Source: an archaeon
Lineage (GTDB): Archaea; Iainarchaeota; Iainarchaeia; Iainarchaeales; CSSED10-239
Direction: 5' to 3'
DNA length: 32,000 nucleotides
Assembly (NCBI GenBank): GCA_041657425.1
Contig: JBBABY010000002.1
Location: 90,001 to 122,000 of the forward strand
Positions 1 through 8,754 of the stretch are shown piece after piece (the first letter of the stretch is position 1; every line of letters begins with the position of its first letter). Made by a program: the position numbers and the translations under genes. Under the pieces are notes generated by a model. The model saw only the letters and a list, made by a program, of their open reading frames with translations. It was not told the DNA's origin and did no database searches.

Positions 1-803
1 GGAAATATAATTGCAATTATAAATAATATATTTTTTATAGAATCTCTGTAAAATGGCATTAAAAAAACACTAAATATTAAAATAAATATTAAAAAAAATA
101 AAAATACATTTATTTCAAATAACAGTGTAATTTTATTTCTTTGGTGTTCTTCCTTTTCTTTCCTTATTTGTTCTGTGGATAATAGATAATCATTTATTAC
201 TACAAAAAGATCTGCTTTTTTATCCAAAACTTCAATTAATTTAGAAAAAAAACTATATTCCTGTTCAGAATAAGTGTTATTACATACGGATTTTAATGTT
301 TCTTTTAAATTCTTATTAAGATCTGCCAATGATAAGATTTTTTTAGATTCTTCAGTTAACAATTTGTTTTTTTCTATTTTTTGAAGTAATAGTAAAACGT
401 CTTTAACTGTTAAACTAGGATCTTGTAATACAGATAAATGTTTAACACTTATTTCTAGCTCGTTCTCTAGCTCTTTTTTATTTGCATTTATTACATAATA
501 TGGATATTTATATAATATCATAAATACAAACCCTGCAAAAGTAAATGATATTATAATGGTTAAAATAAATGTGAAAATTGTAAACAGTATATTTAATTTA
601 AGCATAACAAATATCATCAAGAATTCTAAAATTATTCCAATAATAAATGATATAAATAAAATATTAGAAAGATATGTTTGTACATCTTCTTCTATTTCTG
701 TGAACACAAGAATTTTGGTTAATTCTTTAAATCTAGGTACAATTAACTTAGATAATTCTAAAAAGAAAAAACCAGAAATTTTTGAAAATAATTTGCCAAA
801 CAT
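1..803 (-). CDS. Partial (C-terminus off the left edge) polytopic membrane protein; putative FlaJ/TadC-like (T2SS-F family) pilus/archaellum assembly platform
   Basis: I checked the minus-strand frame triplet by triplet. It is open from the ATG at 803-801 to the window edge, giving 267 codons with no stop in very AT-rich DNA. It is absent from the supplied track, presumably because there is no in-window stop. An in-frame TAA lies just upstream at 812-810, and a GGAG lies about 16-19 nt upstream of the ATG. The translation starts MFGKLFSKISGFFFLELSK. A hydrophobic block (FISFIIGIILEFLMIFVMLKLNILFTIFTFILTIIISFTFAGFVFMILY) is followed by a soluble helical segment of about 110 aa and then more hydrophobic sequence, matching the alternation seen in FlaJ/TadC/GspF proteins. 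The gene starts 30 nt downstream of the FlaI-like gene. The family call rests on architecture and context only. Confidence 0.45.
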   Translation of the reverse strand, partial: MFGKLFSKISGFFFLELSKLIVPRFKELTKILVFTEIEEDVQTYLSNILFISFIIGIILEFLMIFVMLKLNILFTIFTFILTIIISFTFAGFVFMILYKYPYYVINANKKELENELEISVKHLSVLQDPSLTVKDVLLLLQKIEKNKLLTEESKKILSLADLNKNLKETLKSVCNNTYSEQEYSFFSKLIEVLDKKADLFVVINDYLLSTEQIRKEKEEHQRNKITLLFEINVFLFFLIFILIFSVFLMPFYRDSIKNILFIIAIIF

Positions 804-833
804 GTCTTTTTAGTATTCTCCATTTTGCTTACA

Positions 834-3332
834 TTAATTCTTTTCTTCTTGAATATTTAATTTATTAAATAATTGATCTTTATTTAGATAATAATCATTA
901 ACTATGTTATTAAAATCATAACTATCTACAATTTCTGAATCAACTAACCAACGTAATAATCGCTTATATTTATTATAATCTACAATATTAAGACTAGAAG
1001 ACACTAAATTAATATGGAATTCGTCATCTTTATTTAAATAAGTAATTACTTTATGCTCACTATTTCTATATATTTCAGTTATACTTGAAAATTGCATTTG
1101 CTCCAAATTATTTGTATTTATTCTTTCTAAATCAATAACTATTAAATTAACACCAACAGTTTTTGCTTTTTCTAAATAATTTTCTAATATTTGTTTATCC
1201 ATATACATTAAATTAATTTCATACCATTTAATCTCAAATAATTCTTCAGTAAAATTATCTAATATTAAATAATCAGGTCTTTGAGAGATTATTTGAGAAA
1301 TAATTGTTTTTCTATTTTGAACAGAATCATCTAACATTAATCTTTTAATCCAATTTCGTTGTGGCAATTTAATATAATCAAAAGATTGGATACTAGTAAT
1401 TTTCTTATCTGGATAAAATTGGGCGAGAGCAGATAATAAAATGGTACTATCTCCTCCAGTAATTACAACTTGATATTCTTGATTCATTATTGCCCAAATA
1501 TAGGCAAATATATCTGTTGTACCTATCCCTAAATTTATTAAATTTACTGGAGTTAATGGGTCTTCCAAATATTTTTTTATAACAAAAGAAGAACCTTTAT
1601 TACTAGTGTCTCCTACAGAATACAACCCTTCAATCCTATATCCATTTGGTAAATTTCCATTTATTATGGGCTTAGATGAATTTACTTGTAATCCCATAGT
1701 TTTTGTTATTGCCAATACAAACAAATTAAGTTTAGATATATTCTCAAATACTAAATTAGTTTGCAATGCTCCGTATTTAAGATGATATACGGTTAATGGA
1801 ATATTTTCCCCAGAACAACTCACTTCTAATACATTTTTATCCTCAAGAACATTTGCTAAAAAACCAAGCCCAGAAAAATCTTGGTTTATAAAATTTAAAT
1901 ATAGCTTTTTTTCTAAATCTGTTAATGTATAAGTTAATTTATTTATGGTTAAATCAAATATCTTTTGAATATAATTATTTATATTCTGTTTATCCCCCTT
2001 AAAGGATAAATAATTTGAATCAATAGAATCTAAAAACACTTTTTTAATTTCAGAATAAGTTTCTTCTTGAGCAGCGGTTAAATTTGGTTGTATTAAATTA
2101 TAAAACAAGCCTTGTTTCTCTTGATAGCTAATATTTACAAAAGTAAATTCGTTTATATTATATTTTTCAGATATCTGGCTCTTATTTATATCTAATGCAT
2201 TAGGTTTAACTGCATAAATAAGATTTTGAGTTGCGGTGGTTGTAAATTGAGGCATTGTGTTTGCTAAATAAGAATCTGAATCTGATTCAATAAACATTGA
2301 TTTTGCAACAGACCTATTTTCTAATTTTGAATCTGCAGGCAATAAATAATCAAACGTAGTTTTGGCTTTAGCCGCAATCTGTTCTTTCAATTCCTGACCC
2401 TGTGGCAAATTAATTTTTAAATTTTTAGAATTGATATTTATGGCGTTTATTTTCTGTTCAACTTCGGGATTTGGTTTAATTTGCTTATTTTGTATTACAA
2501 AACTGGAATCTACATTCTTTTTCTTTTCTGGACGATTTTCATTACTTGAAAAAGCGTTAGAGATTACTTGCGAAATTTTAGAATCGTCCATAAGAGAAAT
2601 CATTTCAGGAATTTCAATTTCTTCTATTAAAGCAGTAATAGATTTTGATTGTGGATTATTTTTTAAATTGTGAGTAATATATTCTGGCTCAATAATTTTA
2701 GAATTATTTACCTTATTTTCAATAGAATCAATCTTTGCATATAGGTTAGAAACATCCATATTTTTTATTGGAATTTTCTCAACCATCGGCTTATCTCCTA
2801 AAAAACTTATAGATTCTAAAAATGGATTTTCATCATCAACCCTTGTAGTTTCTTTGCGTAAGGACTCTAAAAGAGCATCTACATCAGAAGTATTATTTTC
2901 AACAATCCACTCTAGATTCCCGTCCATCATATTACTATGCCCATTACTTAAATTATTCGAAATAACCTCCAATCTCTTTTTCTCTATTTCAAATTTTAAA
3001 TCATTTTCTACCCTTGCGGTTTGATTTAGTATTTCTTGAGATCTCTGTTCTATTTCTAAATTTTCTTTTATTTTTAATTTGGAAATAATCGCATCTTGTT
3101 TTTGTAGTTTTAAAGTAATTATATTCTTTTCTTGTGATTGTGGGATATTTTCTTTTTTAATAGGGATATTAAGTTTAGGAATTATCTTAGTTACCTTGTG
3201 TTGATAATTAGAAGGTGCCTTTAATTTATCACGACTAGCACTAAATTTAGGAAATATTGTTTTTACTATCCCTTCATTTTTGTTTGGATCGTAAATTATC
3301 TTGATCCGCTCTAATTTTTTTATTTCGACCAT
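834..3332 (-). CDS. FlaI/GspE/VirB11-family secretion 'ATPase' homologue with degenerate nucleotide-binding motifs and a low-complexity N-terminal extension of about 430 aa
   Basis: The C-terminal ~400 aa align by eye to archaeal FlaI. EVSCSGENIPLTVYHLKYGALQTNLVF corresponds to the DISCDG..IPIYV.H.KY....TN block, and LPNGYRIEGLYSVGDTSNKGSSFVIKKY corresponds to LPDGSR......VS.RGSSFTIRKF. At the Walker A position the sequence is VVITGGDSTILLSAL, with no GxxGxGKT and no Lys. The Asp-box position reads SIQSFDYIKLPQRNW instead of SIEDT.E. The Walker B position reads RPDYLILDNFTEE instead of RPD.IIVGE(I/V)RG.E. The N-terminal half is N/K/E/I/S-rich. Confidence 0.75.
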   Translation of the reverse strand: MVEIKKLERIKIIYDPNKNEGIVKTIFPKFSASRDKLKAPSNYQHKVTKIIPKLNIPIKKENIPQSQEKNIITLKLQKQDAIISKLKIKENLEIEQRSQEILNQTARVENDLKFEIEKKRLEVISNNLSNGHSNMMDGNLEWIVENNTSDVDALLESLRKETTRVDDENPFLESISFLGDKPMVEKIPIKNMDVSNLYAKIDSIENKVNNSKIIEPEYITHNLKNNPQSKSITALIEEIEIPEMISLMDDSKISQVISNAFSSNENRPEKKKNVDSSFVIQNKQIKPNPEVEQKINAININSKNLKINLPQGQELKEQIAAKAKTTFDYLLPADSKLENRSVAKSMFIESDSDSYLANTMPQFTTTATQNLIYAVKPNALDINKSQISEKYNINEFTFVNISYQEKQGLFYNLIQPNLTAAQEETYSEIKKVFLDSIDSNYLSFKGDKQNINNYIQKIFDLTINKLTYTLTDLEKKLYLNFINQDFSGLGFLANVLEDKNVLEVSCSGENIPLTVYHLKYGALQTNLVFENISKLNLFVLAITKTMGLQVNSSKPIINGNLPNGYRIEGLYSVGDTSNKGSSFVIKKYLEDPLTPVNLINLGIGTTDIFAYIWAIMNQEYQVVITGGDSTILLSALAQFYPDKKITSIQSFDYIKLPQRNWIKRLMLDDSVQNRKTIISQIISQRPDYLILDNFTEELFEIKWYEINLMYMDKQILENYLEKAKTVGVNLIVIDLERINTNNLEQMQFSSITEIYRNSEHKVITYLNKDDEFHINLVSSSLNIVDYNKYKRLLRWLVDSEIVDSYDFNNIVNDYYLNKDQLFNKLNIQEEKN

Positions 3333-3414
3333 AGTTATAACTATATAAATATATTATAGCAATATTTAAGTACATTATATTTATAAATATATTTTGTATG
3401 GGCAATTACTAAAA

Positions 3415-4146
3415 TTACACAAAAGAAATCGCAAATGTGCCTAAAAATGAAAGCATATTAAAATAAGTTAAAATTCCAACAATTATATATCCTAATACTA
3501 TTGTTAAAATAAATGGAATTAACGGAGACACCCACACCTTTGTAATTTTATATTTTTCTGAAAATTTCTTTAATTCGTCGATTTGTTTATCCGGAGAACA
3601 ATCTGGTTTGATCATAGTTTTAGAAATTATTTTTCCTTCAATAATTTGAAATTTCTCAAGAGGTGTGTAAAAATAATCTAATTCCTTGATGGCCTTAGGA
3701 AATCCTAAAAACATTAGAATTAAACTCTCTCCAAAACTTTTTTTTGGGAAATTTCCTTTTATTAGATTATAACTAAAAAAAAACATTGGGAGAATAAGCA
3801 TTAAAAACATAGAAACAATAAATACAAATGGGGCAAATAATATTGAAATACCACTAACAAAACTAATCATCATAATTGCAAGAAGGTCTCCTTCTCCAAT
3901 ATATGCATAAACCGTAAATTTTCCAAGAAAATAAATCACAACTAAAAAAATAAAAGTAATTGCAATCTGTAATAAATAAAAATGCAAATAACCATTTATC
4001 CTCCCAAAATATAAAAAAGAAATAAGTCCAATACCTGATAAAATATATATTGGAAGAACATTTATTTCTCTAGTTTTAATATCTTGATATCCTAAATAAA
4101 TTAAACAAGTAATTCCTAAAAAAAATAATGGCAAAAATATATTCAT
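3415..4146 (-). CDS. A24-family aspartic prepilin/preflagellin peptidase (FlaK/PibD-type)
   Basis: This is a polytopic membrane protein carrying the two catalytic Asp motifs of the family: YQDIKTREI near the N-terminus and IGEGDLLAIMMI (GxGD). It is adjacent to the FlaI-like gene. Confidence 0.8.
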   Translation of the reverse strand: MNIFLPLFFLGITCLIYLGYQDIKTREINVLPIYILSGIGLISFLYFGRINGYLHFYLLQIAITFIFLVVIYFLGKFTVYAYIGEGDLLAIMMISFVSGISILFAPFVFIVSMFLMLILPMFFFSYNLIKGNFPKKSFGESLILMFLGFPKAIKELDYFYTPLEKFQIIEGKIISKTMIKPDCSPDKQIDELKKFSEKYKITKVWVSPLIPFILTIVLGYIIVGILTYFNMLSFLGTFAISFV

Positions 4147-4152
4147 AAAAAT

Positions 4153-5130
4153 CTATTTTTTATTTTCTAGTTTTGGTGTAGTTTTTTCTATTTCTTGTTT
4201 TATAGGTTTTACTTTAGAATTAAATGCGGTTTTTGTAAGATAAATAAGATCATCATATGCTTTCCTTTTTGTTATTCTTGCGGTAGATCTTTCAAATAGT
4301 TCATCAGTATATTTCCCTGGTGGCCCAAAAGAAATAATTTTTCTTTTAGTAATCTTATTTAATAGTTCTTGATTTTGATTTTGAGTATTTACCTCTTCTA
4401 CTATGGTTTTTGCTAAATCCAATGTTAGTACGCCACTACCTATTCGGTCCACATAGTCTGTTCCTGAACCAGCAGTTACAAAATTTGCCATTTGTGATAA
4501 CTTAATAGTTGCTGCAAATTTATAAACTAAATCATAACTTTTCTGATCAATTTTTTGATTTAATTTATCAGCTAATTTTGAAATTCCTGCGAAATTAAAT
4601 ACATCATGTTCCTGAATATACCATAAAACATCTCTTAAAGATTTAATAAAGAACGAATCGTACATATAATAAGATAAATAACCAATCATTCCATTATATG
4701 CTTCAACACCTACGTTCTTCTCTTTTATAAAAGTCTCTAGTTTTGATAACCCCATTTTGTAACTTGCAGAATTATTGATTAATCCAAACGGATGAGCTAT
4801 TGAAAATAAATAATTTTTTCTTTCACATAAATCATATATTCTTTTCATAGACACATTTTCTTCAAAGAATACACTATAACTATAAATATCTTCATTTGCA
4901 GCATAGACAAGAACATCTCCCAGGTCTGTTGCTACTGTTAAACCGGGAATTAAAATACTATTCTTAGGTTTTTCTTTTAATAAATCAAAATATGCTTTTT
5001 TAGGATTATTACTAGCATATTCAGTTATTGCTGTTCCAAGTAAATTATTTTTATTAACATATTGCCAATATCTTTTACTTGATTGCTTTCTTTTCAAGAA
5101 GTGAGTGTTTAAATCTAAATTGTATTGCAT
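4153..5130 (-). CDS. Hypothetical protein, weakly PHP-domain-like (metal-dependent phosphoesterase fold) with substituted metal ligands
   Basis: The order of motifs resembles a PHP domain: LDLNTHF (vs DLHxHT), PGLTVATDLGDVLVYA (vs GxE....HiLgY), SIAHPFG (AHP motif), GVEAYNG, and TAGSGTDY (vs GSDAH). Recognition is by eye only, and several His positions are replaced. The gene lies 6-7 nt from both flanking genes. Confidence 0.3.
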   Translation of the reverse strand: MQYNLDLNTHFLKRKQSSKRYWQYVNKNNLLGTAITEYASNNPKKAYFDLLKEKPKNSILIPGLTVATDLGDVLVYAANEDIYSYSVFFEENVSMKRIYDLCERKNYLFSIAHPFGLINNSASYKMGLSKLETFIKEKNVGVEAYNGMIGYLSYYMYDSFFIKSLRDVLWYIQEHDVFNFAGISKLADKLNQKIDQKSYDLVYKFAATIKLSQMANFVTAGSGTDYVDRIGSGVLTLDLAKTIVEEVNTQNQNQELLNKITKRKIISFGPPGKYTDELFERSTARITKRKAYDDLIYLTKTAFNSKVKPIKQEIEKTTPKLENKK

Positions 5131-5137
5131 ATTTTTC

Positions 5138-5755
5138 TTATTTTAATTTTACTCTTGCATCAACTATATAAAAATTATCTTTTGTAAAGATTACTGGGTT
5201 TAAGTCTAATTCTAAAAGATCTTTATCTTTTGAAAGGATAGAAACTTGCTCAACTAAGAAAATCAATTTAGAAACATCATATTGTATTCCTCTTGCAAAA
5301 AATAATTTACTTACTCTTGTTTGAAATATCATTTCTTCTATTTCTTTTTTTGTAATTGGTAATATTCTTATTGCAGTATCATTTTGAATCTCTGTGTAGA
5401 TTCCTCCTTGGCCAAAAACTATAACTTTACCAAACTGAGGATCTTCGTTTATTCCAACAATTAATTCTAAACCTTTTACTTGTTTTTGAAGTATTACTTT
5501 TCCTATAACTTTTTCTTTCTTTAAAACATTTTGTAAATAATCAAATGATGACTCAAGTGATTCCTTTGAATAAATATCAGTAATTATTGCTTTACTTTCC
5601 GTTTTATGTATCAAGTTTGAACTTAACTTTAAAACATACGGAAAATTAGAATATTTTTCTAATTCTTTTTTTGAATTGATTATTTTTGTTTCAAGAACAG
5701 AAATTTTATTTTTTTTAAGATATTCGATTGATTCATTAAAATTTAGCCAATTCAT
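5138..5755 (-). CDS. Stand-alone ATP-grasp domain protein (ADP-forming acetate-CoA ligase beta / AcdB-like, ATP-grasp_5 type)
   Basis: Family-typical blocks are present: FPYVLKLSS..IHKTESKAI, GLELIVGINEDPQFGKVIVFGQGGIYTEIQNDTAIRILPI, and a C-terminal LELDLNPVI. There is no CoA-binding or ligase-CoA domain in the ORF or in its neighbours. Confidence 0.6.
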   Translation of the reverse strand: MNWLNFNESIEYLKKNKISVLETKIINSKKELEKYSNFPYVLKLSSNLIHKTESKAIITDIYSKESLESSFDYLQNVLKKEKVIGKVILQKQVKGLELIVGINEDPQFGKVIVFGQGGIYTEIQNDTAIRILPITKKEIEEMIFQTRVSKLFFARGIQYDVSKLIFLVEQVSILSKDKDLLELDLNPVIFTKDNFYIVDARVKLK

Positions 5756-5977
5756 TTGTTTTTACCTTCTTTTTTGTCTAAAAATACTATTTAAAAACCT
5801 ATATATACTATAATTATATTATATATAAATATATCTAAATTCTTATAAAAGTTTAGATTTGAGTTAAAAGAACACATTATTTAAAATAGTTGTGTTTTAC
5901 TATTTAATTATAATATTTATGATGTTTCTAATTGTTAGATACATTTTACTAAAATAACAAACAAAAGGAGAAAAAAT

Positions 5978-7279
5978 ATGAAATTACAGTGCCTTGGAGC
6001 AGGACAAGAAGTTGGAAGAAGTGCTCTATTACTAAAAGGAACAGACAACATATTATTGGATTATGGTCTTAAACTAAATCCTACAACACAAGTACAAACA
6101 GATATGGAATTACCAGCTAAGACTGAACACCCTAAACCTGTTAAAGATAAACTTGCAGGAATTGTGTTAAGTCACGCTCACTTAGATCACTCCGGAGCAA
6201 TACCATCACTTTACAAAAATGGGAATGCACCATTGTTCTTAACAGAAGCAACTTTAGATTTATCCAATCTTTTATGGAAAGATACACTTAAAATTGCAAA
6301 GATTACGGGAGACGATTGTGGGTTTAAGCAACAGCAAGTTGATGACACAAATAATTCTGCATTCTATATTGACTATAAATTACCTGTACAGATTACACCT
6401 AATACAAAAATAACTTTCTTTGATGCAGGCCACATTGTTGGTAGTGTTATGACTCTTGTTGAAATGGACAAGAAGAAGATACTTTACACTGGAGACTTTA
6501 GAGCAACAGAAAGTCAAATGTTTAAGGGTTATGATAGAAAGTTACCACAAGTTGACATCTTGATAATGGAAACCACTTATGGTGATGCGCCACACACAGA
6601 TAGAAAAGGACAAGAAAAATTATTAATTGATGAAATCAAAGAAACAATAGACAATAGAGGAATTGTTATTCTTCCTGCTTTTGCTATTGAAAGATCTCAA
6701 GAACTTGTAAGTATTCTTGATAGATACAATATTAATTGTCCAATTTACCTAGATGGAATGGCAAAGAAAGCAACAACTATCTTTGCTCAATATCCAAATC
6801 AGTTTGTTGATTTTAATAGATTTAAGAAAGGAGTAGATAGAGTTGAATTTATTAAAAATCAAAAAAGAAGAGAAAAAATTGTTGCAGCTAATACTTCTTG
6901 TATAATTATTACTACTGCGGGAATGCTTGAAGGTGGACCAGTTCTCGGTTTTATTAGAGACTTAGGAGATAATCCAAAAAACAAAATAATCTTAACAGGT
7001 TACCAAGTAGAAGGAACAAACGGTAGAAGATTACTTGATAAAGGAAAACTTTACATTGATGGTAAAATCTACTCACCAAGAGCAAAAGTTACAAAACATA
7101 GTTTTTCTGCTCATGCTGATAGAAATGAACTTCTGGAATTAGTTAAAAAAGTTAATCCTAAAAAAGTGGTTTGTATACACGGAGATAAAGAAACAACTTT
7201 TGATTTCAAGAATGCCCTTAAGAAACTTGGAATTAACGCTGAAAATCCTGCAGTTGGAGATACAGTTGAATTAGACTAA
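5978..7279 (+). CDS. Metallo-beta-lactamase / beta-CASP ribonuclease, KH-less aCPSF2-type
   Basis: It carries the HAHLDHSG (HxHxDH) motif, then FDAGHIVGS, ETTYG, an SAHAD-type motif C and a final CIHGD. At 433 aa it has no N-terminal KH domains. An AGGAG sequence lies 8 nt upstream of the ATG. Confidence 0.85.
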   Translation: MKLQCLGAGQEVGRSALLLKGTDNILLDYGLKLNPTTQVQTDMELPAKTEHPKPVKDKLAGIVLSHAHLDHSGAIPSLYKNGNAPLFLTEATLDLSNLLWKDTLKIAKITGDDCGFKQQQVDDTNNSAFYIDYKLPVQITPNTKITFFDAGHIVGSVMTLVEMDKKKILYTGDFRATESQMFKGYDRKLPQVDILIMETTYGDAPHTDRKGQEKLLIDEIKETIDNRGIVILPAFAIERSQELVSILDRYNINCPIYLDGMAKKATTIFAQYPNQFVDFNRFKKGVDRVEFIKNQKRREKIVAANTSCIIITTAGMLEGGPVLGFIRDLGDNPKNKIILTGYQVEGTNGRRLLDKGKLYIDGKIYSPRAKVTKHSFSAHADRNELLELVKKVNPKKVVCIHGDKETTFDFKNALKKLGINAENPAVGDTVELD

Positions 7280-7307
7280 ATCAAAACTAAAACGAGAAAA
7301 TAGAAAC

Positions 7308-8081
7308 ATGCAAAGATTTTGTCCAAAATGTGGGAAAACAGTTCCTGAAGAAAAAATGATTAACAATTTTTGTTTAAATTGTTACGTTGAAGATCATCAG
7401 GTTATTACTGCTCCCACTTTTGAAATAACAGTTTGTCCAAAGTGTGGTAAACTCAGATATGCTAAAAAGTTTTTTGAAACTAAAGAAGCTTTAGAGCATG
7501 AAATGACAAAACACATTAGAGTTAAAGACATTGAACAAGCTAAAGTCAGTGTTGAACTGATTATTGACCATGACAAGCATGAATTTTACATTAAGGCTCT
7601 TGCAAAGGCCTTAATCGCAAACACCATTCAAGAAATAGAGATGGAGAAAGACATTTCCTTACGTGTTGAACCATGTGAAGATTGTTTGAAACTTGCAAGC
7701 AATTACTACACAACGATCCTTCAGTTAAGATTTGATACAAACAAACTAATGAAAGACCTTATGCCTTTACTTATTAAGCAAGTACAACTGCAAGTAAGAA
7801 CTATTAATGATGCAGAAGGCAGCAAACACAAACCTTTTTTCATTGCTAAGACTGTTGATCAAAAAACCGGAATCGATTTTTACCTTAACGATCCAGACCA
7901 CACAGAAAAGTTAAGAAAAACTTTACTTTTTAATAAACACGCAAAGACTTGGCAAAAGACCCGTTCTCTTCTTACAGCAGACAAAGACGGAAGAAGAAAA
8001 TACCGTCACACAATCTGTATACACTTTGGAATTTTAGAAACAGAAGAAACTCCTCAGGAACTTCCTGAGAGAGATGAATAA
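7308..8081 (+). CDS. nmd3: NMD3-family protein (archaeal homologue of the 60S export adaptor), short form
   Basis: The N-terminus has paired zinc-knuckle motifs: CPKCG...CLNC and CPKCGK. These are followed by the NMD3-like beta-rich body. At 257 aa it is shorter than I would expect for an archaeal NMD3. Confidence 0.6.
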   Translation: MQRFCPKCGKTVPEEKMINNFCLNCYVEDHQVITAPTFEITVCPKCGKLRYAKKFFETKEALEHEMTKHIRVKDIEQAKVSVELIIDHDKHEFYIKALAKALIANTIQEIEMEKDISLRVEPCEDCLKLASNYYTTILQLRFDTNKLMKDLMPLLIKQVQLQVRTINDAEGSKHKPFFIAKTVDQKTGIDFYLNDPDHTEKLRKTLLFNKHAKTWQKTRSLLTADKDGRRKYRHTICIHFGILETEETPQELPERDE

Positions 8082-8091
8082 AAAAAAGAAA

Positions 8092-8754
8092 TCAAATTAA
8101 TGTCTTTATCTCTTGTATCTTTTCTTTCTTTGAAACAATTAATATTTTTTGCCCTTCTTCTAAAATATCTGTATCTTTATAGACATAAAAACTACCGCTC
8201 TTAAAATTGCCTATAATATTACTATCTATTGGAAGTAATTCTCTTAATTTAGATATATGTAATCCAATGTGTTTTGAATCATGCTTAATTGTCAACTCAA
8301 TTATTTCTGCATCACCCATTGAAAAGAATGAAAGATTTAGAATGTCTTTTTCAGTAATCAATTGTGCCATATATCCAGCAGCAGCAAAATCTGGCTGAAT
8401 TACGTAATCAATACCAAGTTTATCAAATACTTCTTTTTGATAATTTATTTTTCTTAGCATTACGGCAACGGTCTTTATTCCATATTCTTTTGCAACTAAC
8501 CCCACAATTAAATTTGCCTCATCATTTTCTGTTAATGACACAAGAATATCTGCATGATCAAATCCGGCCTTCTTTAATACGTTAATATCTGAAGGATCAC
8601 CAGTTATTACTACAACATCTGTGTCATAAGCAAGTGTTTTTGCAATCGCCGCATCTTTTTCAATAACTATAACTTCATGATCTTCTGCATCTAATAATTT
8701 TATTAAGTGTTTTGAAACATTACTTGTTCCTACAATAATTATATACATTTTCAT
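8092..8754 (-). CDS. trkA: TrkA/KtrA-type RCK regulatory subunit (TrkA_N + TrkA_C)
   Basis: The N-terminus is Rossmann-like (MKMYIIIVGTSNVSKHL...EVIVIEKD) and the C-terminus has a TrkA_C-like segment (DAEIIELTI...GLHISKL...ILEEGQKILIVS). I chose the start at the ATG at 8754-8752 because it overlaps the trkH stop (ATGA). The longer ORF-track start at 8826 would overlap trkH by 76 nt. Confidence 0.8.
   Translation of the reverse strand: MKMYIIIVGTSNVSKHLIKLLDAEDHEVIVIEKDAAIAKTLAYDTDVVVITGDPSDINVLKKAGFDHADILVSLTENDEANLIVGLVAKEYGIKTVAVMLRKINYQKEVFDKLGIDYVIQPDFAAAGYMAQLITEKDILNLSFFSMGDAEIIELTIKHDSKHIGLHISKLRELLPIDSNIIGNFKSGSFYVYKDTDILEEGQKILIVSKKEKIQEIKTLI

Noticed and set aside
556-813. 85-aa plus-strand ORF from the track (MVKINVKIVNSIFNL...)
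   Set aside because: It is low-complexity I/N/K-rich. It lies entirely antisense to a much longer uninterrupted minus-strand frame (803 to the window edge) that has membrane-protein character and fits the operon context.
2431-2673. 80-aa plus-strand ORF inside the FlaI-like gene
   Set aside because: It is antisense to a well-supported 832-codon gene and has no start context or motif.
8207-8585. Two plus-strand ORFs (63 and 73 aa) within trkA, and the 61-aa alternative-frame ORF at 9115-9300 within trkH
   Set aside because: They are antisense or out of frame relative to confidently identified genes, and have biased composition.
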